A stretch of DNA of 63,996 nucleotides, filler included, from Craspedostauros australis (Eukaryota): NCBI GenBank assembly GCA_030167865.1. It is 14 parts of 14 records of this genome, joined end to end, with 100 filler letters (N's around TTAATTAATTAA, not from the genome) between each part and the next. Parts side by side here need not be neighbours in the genome. Positions count along the whole stretch, not along the records: positions 1 to 7,061 come from JALAGF010004189.1; positions 7,162 to 24,836 come from JALAGF010004190.1; 12 more parts are not named here. One strand, 5' to 3'. The notes beneath the pieces are model-generated. The model did no database searches, had not been told where the DNA came from, and saw only the letters and a list, made by a program, of their open reading frames with translations. Positions 1 through 10,905 of this stretch are shown piece after piece; within the stretch, counting starts at the first letter, position 1; each line of letters begins with the position of its first letter. The translations under genes and the position numbers were made by a program.

Positions 1-1709
1 GACTCCTCGCGGCTGGTCTTCTTCACCCACTCCTCCCATTCCTGGTTCTCTCCGCCGATCCACGGGGTGAGGATGAGGTTGTGCTTCTCGAGGTTGGGCA
101 CGAAGTCCTTCCACTCGGTCACCTTGACGACGTGAGCGTCGCGGACCTCCTTGGCCTTGGTGAACATGGCATCATGGATCTCATTCAGCTTGGTCACCAG
201 GGCATCGCCCAATCCATCCACCGGCATGTCGATCTTGTCGCGGTTGTACCGGATGACGCAACGGCACGTGCCGCCCTCGATATCACGTGGTCCGACCTCG
301 ATGCGGATCGGGACACCCTTCTGCTCCCAGTGGGCATACTTCCAACCTGGCTTGTAGATGCTGCGATCGTCGAACTTGACGCGGATGCCTTTCGACTTGA
401 GATCCTTGAGGATGCTCTCGCAGTACGGAGCGGCGTCCTCCAACGTCAGCTTCTTGCTGACGATTGGCACGATGACCGCCTGTAATGGCGACACGCGTGG
501 TGGCATCACCAGACCAGTGTCATCTCCGTGCACCATGATCATGACGCCGATCGTTCGCGTGGTGATTCCCCACGATGTCTGCCAGACCACGTCGGACTCG
601 CCCTTCTCGTTCTGGTAGGTGATGTCGAACATCTTTCCGAAGTTCTGGCCCAGATGGTGCGATGTGGCACCCTGGATGGCGCGTCCCGATGTGGGGATGT
701 ACGCCTCGACGGTGGTGGTCGATTGACCGCCGGCGAACTTTTCCTTCTCGGTCTTGTGTCCCGGGATGACAGGGACGCAGAGCAGATCCTGGTACACACG
801 CTTGTACAAGTCCAGCGCCTTCATCACCATGTCGTTGGCCTCCTCGGAGGTGGCATGGGCTGTGTGGCCCTCCTGCCACAGGAATTCGCGAGTTCTGAGG
901 AATGGGGTTGGATCCTTGAACTCCCATCGCACCACGTTGCTCCATTGGTTGAGCTTCAACGGAAGGTCTCTGTGCGATCGGATCCAATCGGAGTATGCTG
1001 GGTACATGATGGTCTCGGATGTTGGACGGATGGCAATTTGCTTGGCAAGGTCCGTGTCTCCGCTCTTTGTCACCCATGCGACCTCTGGGGAGAATCCTGC
1101 GACATGATCCTTCTCCTTCTCCAAACGATCTTGCGATACGAACAGCGGGAAGTACGCATTCTCGACACCGAGTTCTTCGATCTGCGCGTCAACATATATG
1201 AATGCAAGTGTGTTGTGCGGCATCGTTTGGTGAGCATTATTTGCGTGCCATTCATTCATTCATTCGTTCAATCAATCAATCCGTTTCATTCGTATCCGTT
1301 GTTGATTTGAAGAGTTCGTTCATGAGGAATGGAGAGAGACAGAGAGAGCGAAAGAGTGGGTGCATTTGGAAGAGTAGCGGACCTATGAGCAAGCGATTGG
1401 AGTTCACACCAACACTATTCCGCATGACGCGACTCTCATCCAACGAACGCTCCGCAAAGTCGCATCAAGTGACTTCGACAGGCACCACCCAGCAAACGAA
1501 CGTACCTCCTTGTTGAACCAAGCTTGGATGAGCTCCCAGATCTTGAAGGACCATGGACGCAGGATGTAGCACCCGCTGATGTCGTAGTAGGAGATCATCT
1601 CACTGAGGACGATGACATCGGAGTACCATTCTGGGAAGTTCTCCTCCTTCTTCCACTGCAGCTTCAGCAGCGTCTGCCCCTTCTTCGAGGCCTTCTTTGG
1701 GTTTGCCAT
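1..1709 (-). CDS. proS: Prolyl-tRNA synthetase, eukaryote/archaeal type; 3'-partial, copy 1
   Basis: Exon 1 is 1709-1506, a GT..AG intron spans 1505-1182, and exon 2 runs 1181-1, joining [17 protein letters not shown]. Class II motifs [33 protein letters not shown] and TSWGITTR are present. Confidence 0.95.
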
Positions 1710-2453
1710 TCTTCTTCTTCTTCTTCAATATGGATTGCACACTCTCTCTCTCTCTTTCGTTAGAGTGATGCGTGGTTGTTGTGTGCTGATAGAGTATGTG
1801 TCGCTCGCAACGTCTCTCCCTTGGCAGGCAGACTCTCGATCCAACCGATGAGAAGATCTTTTTTGTGATCTTTTGTTGTGTTTGGGTTGGTGCCTGAATG
1901 GCTTGTGTGGTTGGTCGCCGTTGTTTCTGGTGTCAACCACACAAACGCATGACCTTGTTTCCGTGTTCTGGTTTTGGTGCAGGTTTGGAATCCACTGTCG
2001 TGGGCAAGACTGAACCGGCAGCGCAACGTAGCCTACAAAATGACACTATTTATGTCCACCATCTAATGAAACGGAATGAACGATTCTTCTTCTCCTTCTT
2101 GTTGTTTCTGCATTTGTTTGCCACCAACAACACATACGAATACATACGTTTTTTATAATGCGAAACGCAGCAGAACCCAAATGTGATGGCATCATGCATC
2201 CGGCCCACTTGCTTACGTACGTACATTGGGGGCCTGTTCATTCTGTCTTGCACGTATGTTGTTGGCGCACAAAATGCTCACTGAACACTCCAGTTCCGTC
2301 TGTGCTGCAATTCTACTTTTGCCGTGAGGATGTTTCCAACGAAGGGGCCAAGCACAAGAGCGGCAGGTCTGTGCAATCACAGCCACATGTACCCCACATA
2401 GTTCGTGCAAGTAATCACCACGATCATTTCTCATTGATGAACACGACGACTTA

Positions 2454-3833
2454 TTAGAGTTCGACGTGGACTTCATCTTCGTCACCGTAGTTTCCAGAAA
2501 CCGTGTAGTCATGGTAACGGTCGCGATCGTAGGCATGGTAGACACGGAATCGATGCGCGGGATGGGTGTATTGGACGGCTGATTCACCCTTCGTGATCAT
2601 CGTGACGACCTTTTCGTCTCCGTCATGGCCGAACCAGGCAAGGAACATGTCTTCATTTTTGGCGTGGAATGTGACCTTGACCGAAACATCCTGAGGAAGG
2701 TCCTGGCCATTGAGCATGGCACTCAATGCCTTTTTGGTGATATCCATCTGGTCGTTGGTCAGTTGGGGGACGTTGGATATCGCGACGGCAGAATTGGATG
2801 ACAAATGATCCGGATTGGTTGTTCTTGGGATGACGGATATCTGTTGCTGGACCAGCCATTTCAACATGACCTGGGGAGCACCAATCTTCCCAGCACCATC
2901 TTTCTCGACGCCCAAAGTCTTCTCAAGCTGGTTGGCAACGAGGATGAGGTGGTGGAAGGCGTGCGGATGGTCCTTCCGGCGATTCCAAATTCCGTTCATG
3001 ACGTTGTAAACCTGGATATGGATGCCGTGCTGATGGCAAAGCCGGACGAGATTCGGGTTGTTCAACAGTGACCAGACGTTCATCTGGATGAGGTGTGGTT
3101 GCACACGCGCCATCTGCGTCAACGCTGTCAGATCGTGCGTGTCAAAGTTGGAGACGCCGATGCTGGCGATCATGGGGTATTCCTTGGATGTGTACATGTC
3201 CTCCAGCGCCTTCCAGCTCTCCTTCCAGGCGTTGTCCCGATCCAGGTGCGGCGCGGGGCCGGCCTTCTTGATCTCGGCAGGGAGCTGTCGCTCCTCCCGT
3301 TCGCAATTCATCCACTGGATATTATCGTAGCATCGCGGCCAATGCAATATCATGTGGACCTTCAAATCGACGTTGTCATCCAGCATAGCTTGATCCAATG
3401 CCTCCAACGACTCCAGCACCGACATCTTGGTGCGTTCGTACCCCAAGTACGTGTACCACACCTTGGTGACGACATGCACCTGCACGCGCTTCCGCAGGTG
3501 CTCGGATTCCTGGAAATGCTCCACGCCGCGAACGATGCCTTTGGCAAGGATGTGCTCATTGCGGCTTGCGTGCGCCGTGTCGATGAGACGGATCCGATTG
3601 TTCGCACGGATGCCACGATCCACCATGTCTTCAATCAGATCGCCTTGCAGGTTGCCAACCCCCATGCCAACCAATGGGATGACGGCCTCGCTTGACAGCT
3701 TTGCATTTGGAACATCGTCCACTAGGCCGTCCTTCTCCTTCAGTATCTTTCCGAGCAGTCCGCATTCCGTCCTTTCGACACTGGCTGCCACCAGCAGGAC
3801 CAGAAGTCCCAGCAACGCGGAGAACCTTGGCAT
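2454..3833 (-). CDS. Signal-peptide-bearing aldo-keto reductase family protein with a C-terminal VHL-beta-like domain and an xxEL terminus
   Basis: AKR motifs IDTA, VTKVW, LHWP, IGVSNF and VIPRT. N-terminus MPRFSALLGLLVLLVAA is hydrophobic. The protein ends in HVEL. Confidence 0.85.
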   Translation of the reverse strand: MPRFSALLGLLVLLVAASVERTECGLLGKILKEKDGLVDDVPNAKLSSEAVIPLVGMGVGNLQGDLIEDMVDRGIRANNRIRLIDTAHASRNEHILAKGIVRGVEHFQESEHLRKRVQVHVVTKVWYTYLGYERTKMSVLESLEALDQAMLDDNVDLKVHMILHWPRCYDNIQWMNCEREERQLPAEIKKAGPAPHLDRDNAWKESWKALEDMYTSKEYPMIASIGVSNFDTHDLTALTQMARVQPHLIQMNVWSLLNNPNLVRLCHQHGIHIQVYNVMNGIWNRRKDHPHAFHHLILVANQLEKTLGVEKDGAGKIGAPQVMLKWLVQQQISVIPRTTNPDHLSSNSAVAISNVPQLTNDQMDITKKALSAMLNGQDLPQDVSVKVTFHAKNEDMFLAWFGHDGDEKVVTMITKGESAVQYTHPAHRFRVYHAYDRDRYHDYTVSGNYGDEDEVHVEL

Positions 3834-4329
3834 CGTCTCAGTACACACGAGAACGAGAACGAGTCAGGGCATGTATGGTGTTGTATGTGTAGGTTGCTGG
3901 TCGTATCGGGTTGTTGCGCGTCGTTAGTTGTGCTCAAGAGTGGGTTGTCACCGATACCGTCGCCGTTGCCGTCGCCATTGTGGCTTCTCTCCTACCTTCG
4001 TCGTGGTGTGCATTTGAGGACCCCGATTTTGTGAATCTTTGTGGTCTGACACCGAATTCGACTTTTTGACGTCATCTTTTCGCGACTCGTGATTGAGATC
4101 CGTGATTCGCTATGACATCAACGAATGGTGAGACCCTGACGGCGCAACCGCCAACTGTCACCATTCAGCAACACAACCAAACACTCGCACACACTGATCG
4201 ATCGTTTGATCGGTTGATGGACCACCGTACGGAGACGAGGTCAGATGAATCAGGTGCAGGATCCATACGGAGAGGCGTGCTCGTACCATTCCATTCCATC
4301 GTCTCCGCCATCAAGAGACGTAGCGAGCA

Positions 4330-5799
4330 ATGGATGACGATATTTTTAGCAGCGCAGGCAATGTGAATCCCATGGTCCCAAGCTCTGTGGGCGCGCTCCT
4401 CGCGGAGGAGTGGATGATCGATCCCATGTCGCCGCTGCCATCCTTCTTGGAGATGATGATGATCGAGGAGACGCAGCGATCTGCATGGAAGACCATCGTA
4501 TCCAGCATCCATTTCATGGAGATCCGCATGACTCAGTATTCTATGGAGAACTGGAACAGCGAATCCATCCGAAAGAGGTACCAATCCCGTGTCTGCAAGT
4601 GGATTGTGGACACCGTCTTTCATCGGCGTCGGCAGCTGGAAGTGGCGTGTGCCGTCTATTGCGTGATCATCAGCGCCACGCTGGAATCCAGCAGCATGCA
4701 GGCGACGTTCGCGGAAGCGATGTACGGTGGCAAGCGAGTTAAGGTTGGCAAGTCGGTGGATGGGCAGAGAACTGCGCCGCTCCTGGAAGCACCCAAGCGA
4801 GATCTACGGCTGCTCGCAGCATGGGTGGGACTGAGACCATACATCTTTCACAAGCTGGAGGAATGGTATCAGCAGTATCAACAACGCCATCAGCAGCAGC
4901 AACAAGAACAAGGCTTTCACGGCACGTCGTCTGGCCAGCAATCACGTCAGATGCCATGGTCATCCAAACTGAAAGCGATTTCTGTGTGGGCATACCCATT
5001 TGCGCTGATGAGCATCAGTGGATTGCACAGAATATGTAAGCTGCGATACTTGCTCGGCAGGTCACTGTACTTTGACCCGATATCTGCGGTGTTGGGCCTT
5101 GCCCTGCGTCGTGTCACGTTGGGAGATCGGCCCAGTTCGGCACCGAACGGAACAACATCAGAAATAGCATCGGCAGAGATGGGCGGCAGAAGTTCCGACC
5201 AAGCAGGGGCGGCGATACCGCAAGGAGAGCAAAACTCAAACCGAAGCTCCAACGCACCATCATCATCATCAGCGGCATCGGCATCAGCATTAGCATCAGT
5301 ACCACGAACGCAATGGGACCAGCTTCCGAATGATGTCCGACGACAGGCTATGCATGGGATCACGGCTGTAGTTGGTGTTGCGTGGTTGTCTCGGCTGTAT
5401 AAAGAGCGCCAGCATCAGCAGAGACAGCGGAGGTTGGATCGACAGCGCGAGCGGCAACAAAACCAGCATGATCGGCAGTTCGATGAGCGGATGGCAGCGT
5501 TCAACATGTCACCTCCACGCTCATCTCAGGCAGTAGAAGCAGCAACAGAAGTCCATCGCTCGTTACCTCCGCCATCATCGCAGCCCAAAACAAGAACGAT
5601 TCTGTTGCAAACAAGGGCGCCCCATCTGTGCCCGTTGTGCAATCGACCGCGGGTGCAGCCGGCAGCTTCCACGGGTGGCTACGTGTTCTGCCTCAGCTGC
5701 TTGCTGGATTTCATCCGAAAGAATGGCACGTGCCCCATCTCGAAAATGGATTGTCCAGAGTCAAAGATTGTAAGGCTGTTCGAACCAAGGCATCATTGA
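4330..5799 (+). CDS. PEX12: Peroxin-12-like RING protein
   Basis: N-terminal PSFLE motif and a C-terminal Pex12-type RING: CPLC...GYVFCLSCLLDFIRKNGTCPIS...IVRLFE. Confidence 0.75.
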   Translation: MDDDIFSSAGNVNPMVPSSVGALLAEEWMIDPMSPLPSFLEMMMIEETQRSAWKTIVSSIHFMEIRMTQYSMENWNSESIRKRYQSRVCKWIVDTVFHRRRQLEVACAVYCVIISATLESSSMQATFAEAMYGGKRVKVGKSVDGQRTAPLLEAPKRDLRLLAAWVGLRPYIFHKLEEWYQQYQQRHQQQQQEQGFHGTSSGQQSRQMPWSSKLKAISVWAYPFALMSISGLHRICKLRYLLGRSLYFDPISAVLGLALRRVTLGDRPSSAPNGTTSEIASAEMGGRSSDQAGAAIPQGEQNSNRSSNAPSSSSAASASALASVPRTQWDQLPNDVRRQAMHGITAVVGVAWLSRLYKERQHQQRQRRLDRQRERQQNQHDRQFDERMAAFNMSPPRSSQAVEAATEVHRSLPPPSSQPKTRTILLQTRAPHLCPLCNRPRVQPAASTGGYVFCLSCLLDFIRKNGTCPISKMDCPESKIVRLFEPRHH

Positions 5800-7061
5800 T
5801 CGGGATCAAGATGGGAACTCAGTGGGGTTGGTGTGATGATGAAATGAGGGGCATCTGTATGAACACATGCACACACAAGCACAACAGCATGCGCTCACAA
5901 CAGCAATCACCCAGGCAACATCACAGCATCAAATGCCAAATGTTATGTCCAATACCGACACTACGAGTCTACAAGTCGCCAACTTCGTCTTCTTCATCGC
6001 ACTGATCCTCGGCTCAACATACAGCCGTACCTTCATGCTCGCTCCTCTCTTCAACCTCGCTCTGCGGATCACCGCAAGTCCGAAGGCAAACGCAACAAAA
6101 CAACCCAAGCAAGAATCCCAACAACATCTTGCCGCGGCAAGATTGAGCTTGGCGGAGTGAAAGGATGGTGCTGGCTGCTGGAGAGATACGGAGAACACTT
6201 GGTGAACTCTAGAGAGGAAAATGGAAATGGCAGTTGTACTCTCATGCGTCTGTATGGAGAAAGAGCAATGCACGGACTTTGCGAAATGCCTAGCTTCGGC
6301 AACAACGCCTTCCACGTTGAGAGAAGAGTGTGCCAGATGAGTACCAGTGCGGGTACTCTGGGCTGCTTTCCGTCTCTCTCTCTAGAGACACACACGCTAA
6401 GTAACTATGTTGTGCTATACTCTGCTCTACTCTACTCTATACATGATACAATCGTACGAGTGCGAGTAAGTCTTGGCACCACCACGAACAATGTTCGACA
6501 TGAAAATATCTACATATCAGTTGGGACAGACTAGCTCCGGGACTGACCCGGGACTTAACTGTCCATTCCGCGTACACAGTATTCGGTACCCAAGACCGAT
6601 ACCGTGATGAAAGGCTACCACACACACGATGTGTAGTTGAACTGCAATCCATGCGTTGCTCGCCCTCCAGCTCATGCACCCCTGCCACCTGTCCAGCTCG
6701 TCACCCTGCCGAACATACACTCATCTTGAAGCATATCCATGTGAATGGATCAGCTGCTGCTCTACGGGTGATGATACTGGAAGACTGTATGTGTGCAGGA
6801 TCAACACGGCATGCTGCTGCGCAACAAAGAACGGCTGAAGTACGACAGCACGAACCCCACCTTTTTACTCGATCGTCCCATCAATAGTAAGCTTAACACA
6901 TAAAACAAGCAATCAGAAACAATCTTCACAGCTTACTTCCAAGTTCACTACAGTTACACCATCGTCTGATACAGCTTTGCTCTCAACATCAAACGGCGTC
7001 AAAGCCGGTTGAAGGGCAGATCATTCTCCTGACAACGTGCAAAAGACACGGAACACTAACT

Positions 7062-7161
7062 NNNNNNNNNNNNNNNNNNNNNNNNNNNNNNNNNNNNNNN
7101 NNNNNTTAATTAATTAANNNNNNNNNNNNNNNNNNNNNNNNNNNNNNNNNNNNNNNNNNNN
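7062..7161. other. Artificial contig linker (44 N + TTAATTAATTAA + 44 N)
   Basis: The same 100-bp linker recurs at 24837, 32524, 34786, 37155, 39965, 41601, 43237, 48034, 54635, 58389, 61256 and 62721. It places stop codons in all six frames. Confidence 0.98.
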
Positions 7162-8870
7162 GACTCCTCGCGGCTGGTCTTCTTCACCCACTCCTCCCAT
7201 TCCTGGTTCTCTCCGCCGATCCACGGGGTGAGGATGAGGTTGTGCTTCTCGAGGTTGGGCACGAAGTCCTTCCACTCGGTCACCTTGACGACGTGAGCGT
7301 CGCGGACCTCCTTGGCCTTGGTGAACATGGCATCATGGATCTCATTCAGCTTGGTCACCAGGGCATCGCCCAATCCATCCACCGGCATGTCGATCTTGTC
7401 GCGGTTGTACCGGATGACGCAACGGCACGTGCCGCCCTCGATATCACGTGGTCCGACCTCGATGCGGATCGGGACACCCTTCTGCTCCCAGTGGGCATAC
7501 TTCCAACCTGGCTTGTAGATGCTGCGATCGTCGAACTTGACGCGGATGCCTTTCGACTTGAGATCCTTGAGGATGCTCTCGCAGTACGGAGCGGCGTCCT
7601 CCAACGTCAGCTTCTTGCTGACGATTGGCACGATGACCGCCTGTAATGGCGACACGCGTGGTGGCATCACCAGACCAGTGTCATCTCCGTGCACCATGAT
7701 CATGACGCCGATCGTTCGCGTGGTGATTCCCCACGATGTCTGCCAGACCACGTCGGACTCGCCCTTCTCGTTCTGGTAGGTGATGTCGAACATCTTTCCG
7801 AAGTTCTGGCCCAGATGGTGCGATGTGGCACCCTGGATGGCGCGTCCCGATGTGGGGATGTACGCCTCGACGGTGGTGGTCGATTGACCGCCGGCGAACT
7901 TTTCCTTCTCGGTCTTGTGTCCCGGGATGACAGGGACGCAGAGCAGATCCTGGTACACACGCTTGTACAAGTCCAGCGCCTTCATCACCATGTCGTTGGC
8001 CTCCTCGGAGGTGGCATGGGCTGTGTGGCCCTCCTGCCACAGGAATTCGCGAGTTCTGAGGAATGGGGTTGGATCCTTGAACTCCCATCGCACCACGTTG
8101 CTCCATTGGTTGAGCTTCAACGGAAGGTCTCTGTGCGATCGGATCCAATCGGAGTATGCTGGGTACATGATGGTCTCGGATGTTGGACGGATGGCAATTT
8201 GCTTGGCAAGGTCCGTGTCTCCGCTCTTTGTCACCCATGCGACCTCTGGGGAGAATCCTGCGACATGATCCTTCTCCTTCTCCAAACGATCTTGCGATAC
8301 GAACAGCGGGAAGTACGCATTCTCGACACCGAGTTCTTCGATCTGCGCGTCAACATATATGAATGCAAGTGTGTTGTGCGGCATCGTTTGGTGAGCATTA
8401 TTTGCGTGCCATTCATTCATTCATTCGTTCAATCAATCAATCCGTTTCATTCGTATCCGTTGTTGATTTGAAGAGTTCGTTCATGAGGAATGGAGAGAGA
8501 CAGAGAGAGCGAAAGAGTGGGTGCATTTGGAAGAGTAGCGGACCTATGAGCAAGCGATTGGAGTTCACACCAACACTATTCCGCATGACGCGACTCTCAT
8601 CCAACGAACGCTCCGCAAAGTCGCATCAAGTGACTTCGACAGGCACCACCCAGCAAACGAACGTACCTCCTTGTTGAACCAAGCTTGGATGAGCTCCCAG
8701 ATCTTGAAGGACCATGGACGCAGGATGTAGCACCCGCTGATGTCGTAGTAGGAGATCATCTCACTGAGGACGATGACATCGGAGTACCATTCTGGGAAGT
8801 TCTCCTCCTTCTTCCACTGCAGCTTCAGCAGCGTCTGCCCCTTCTTCGAGGCCTTCTTTGGGTTTGCCAT
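7162..8870 (-). CDS. proS: Prolyl-tRNA synthetase; 3'-partial, copy 2
   Basis: Matches 1-1709 at an offset of 7161. Exons 8870-8667 and 8342-7162. The upstream flank differs from copy 1. Confidence 0.95.
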
Positions 8871-9890
8871 TCTTCTTCTGTCGCGGTGTATCGGTATGTG
8901 TCTTTCGGTATCACCTTATTTCTTGCAACCTCTTGATGGACAGACTCTCGATCCAGCCGTTGAAGGTATGAACTAATGAGAGGATGAGGATGTGAAGATC
9001 TATTTTGTGATCTTTTGTTGCGTTTGCGTGTTGCCAACGGTTGTTTGCCATGACTTCTCGTTGTTCTCGTTGTTCTCGTTGTTCTTGGTGGTGATGGTCG
9101 GAACAAAACGATGACCTCGAGTCACAAGTGTCACAATTATTCAGTCGCGAGTTAACACGACTCATATTCATGACACGATTGAGTAACTGGAGTCAACCTC
9201 ATTCCGTCTTGAAACGGATATTACACACCCATTTTTACAGACAGACAGATAACTTTCAGTAGATGCGGTAAGTGGAACGGAATCGAAGTGGTCTTTCGTT
9301 CGCTTGTTGATCGTTTTGTTGGCTGGTTGGTTGTTGACCATGGTGGCGAGCTGGGAAGGAGAAATGCAGCAACGACAGCCTCACCATCGCCTGCAACAAC
9401 AGCACCGACAGCAACACCAAACCAGCATCGCAAACACCCGTATCTGAGGTAAGGACGATGGCGCGATGCCGCTTGTGCCGACCGTTCAGGCCAACCCGAC
9501 GACGTGAAGGACCGCGATGAGGCCCCACGAATATCAGCAACATTGGAGGGGTCTGTGGTCGAAGGGAGGATGCGGTGCGAGCGCTATTGCGCTTTCTCCA
9601 TCCAGATAAGGAAAGGACGGGACGGAGGTTGCGATGTCGGGCATGTCTGCAATGCGGTTGGAGTCCATCCCTACAACAGAGGTTGTTCTCGATGCGGAGC
9701 GACGATCATGAGCAGTAGGAAGAGCGTCAACCCACAGATAGCCCAGCCAAGCAATCAGCATTCTCACAAACAGCAATCATCTGCCTTCGTCCTTGTGCTC
9801 GATCCAACACACTCCTTTCACTCGCGAAAACACAATCATAACACAGGTCGAAAACACACGAATTCACACTCCGCACAACACACGCACAAG

Positions 9891-10148
9891 ATGCAGAACG
9901 AAGCAGGAGAAAACGTCGACCTTTACGTCCCAAGAAAGTGCTCTTGGACCACCAGACTCATCTCCGCCAAGGATCACTCCAGCGTGCAGATCAATGTTGC
10001 CAACGTCGACCCAGTCACAGGAATTGCCACAGGTGAAGCCACACCATTCGCCCTTGTTGGATACATCCGATTCAAGTCGGAGGGAGACATGGCCCTTTCC
10101 TCTTTGGTAAAAAAGAACGATGCCCTGATGCTTTCGGCAGAAGAGTAG
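9891..10148 (+). CDS. RPS21: 40S ribosomal protein S21 (eS21)
   Basis: MQNEAGENVDLYVPRKCSWTTRLISAKDHSSVQINV is the eS21 signature. 85 aa. Confidence 0.97.
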   Translation: MQNEAGENVDLYVPRKCSWTTRLISAKDHSSVQINVANVDPVTGIATGEATPFALVGYIRFKSEGDMALSSLVKKNDALMLSAEE

Positions 10149-10905
10149 ACTGGTAACTCATAGAGCGGAACAAAATAAACAGCTTTCCAACACCTCTTCC
10201 TTGCCTGTGCTGCCTGCGCCCATGTGTATGTGAGTGCTGTGGCAAATGAACATTGGACTCTCTATTCCACGAGCTATAAGACCTGGTTTGCAGAGTGGGC
10301 GATGAAGACCAGCTCGGTAGAACTGGACATCGGAGATCTTCTACAAATGATTCATAGTAACTCACGCAGAATGCTGTGTAGACTCTGGAAGAAATAGTCC
10401 AACGATGTGCGCAGCACAAACATCCCAACTATTGATCCATCATGAACCACTCTGCTGCATCAGAGCTGTCACATAGTCCTGAGATCTTTGTCACCTTGGG
10501 TGCATGAAGCTCTTCTCCTACACCCTTCCGGAATGCGGCAAAGGAAGCGCAACACTACCTTGCTTGCCTCTATTTTGAGAGATAGACGAGTCGTGGATAC
10601 CACAACTCATAACCCGCCTGTCGCCCATCATTTGTTTGTGTTCCTTCGTGCCGATCATCCAAACACCAACTCACCCGCGATGACTGGCGATCCCATCACA
10701 ACCAGAACCCGCACACCCAACACATCCACTTGTGGAGTGCCAACAGTTGCAACACTCCTTACTGACAGTCCCGGCTGAGCATCTCTCGGTCTCCGTCTAT
10801 CTCACTTCATCCATCCTCACGAGCCAAGCAGCAGACGCTCTTGAGCATACTATTATAACATAAGCGTGCATCAGTACAAGTGCACCAATCCAAATCGCAG
10901 ACAAC

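Noticed and set aside
5867..7061. Short ORFs downstream of PEX12
   Set aside because: No recognisable motifs or convincing gene structure.
9504..9890. N-terminal extension of RPS21 in the ORF track
   Set aside because: It begins at a non-ATG codon, and the canonical MQN start is at 9891.
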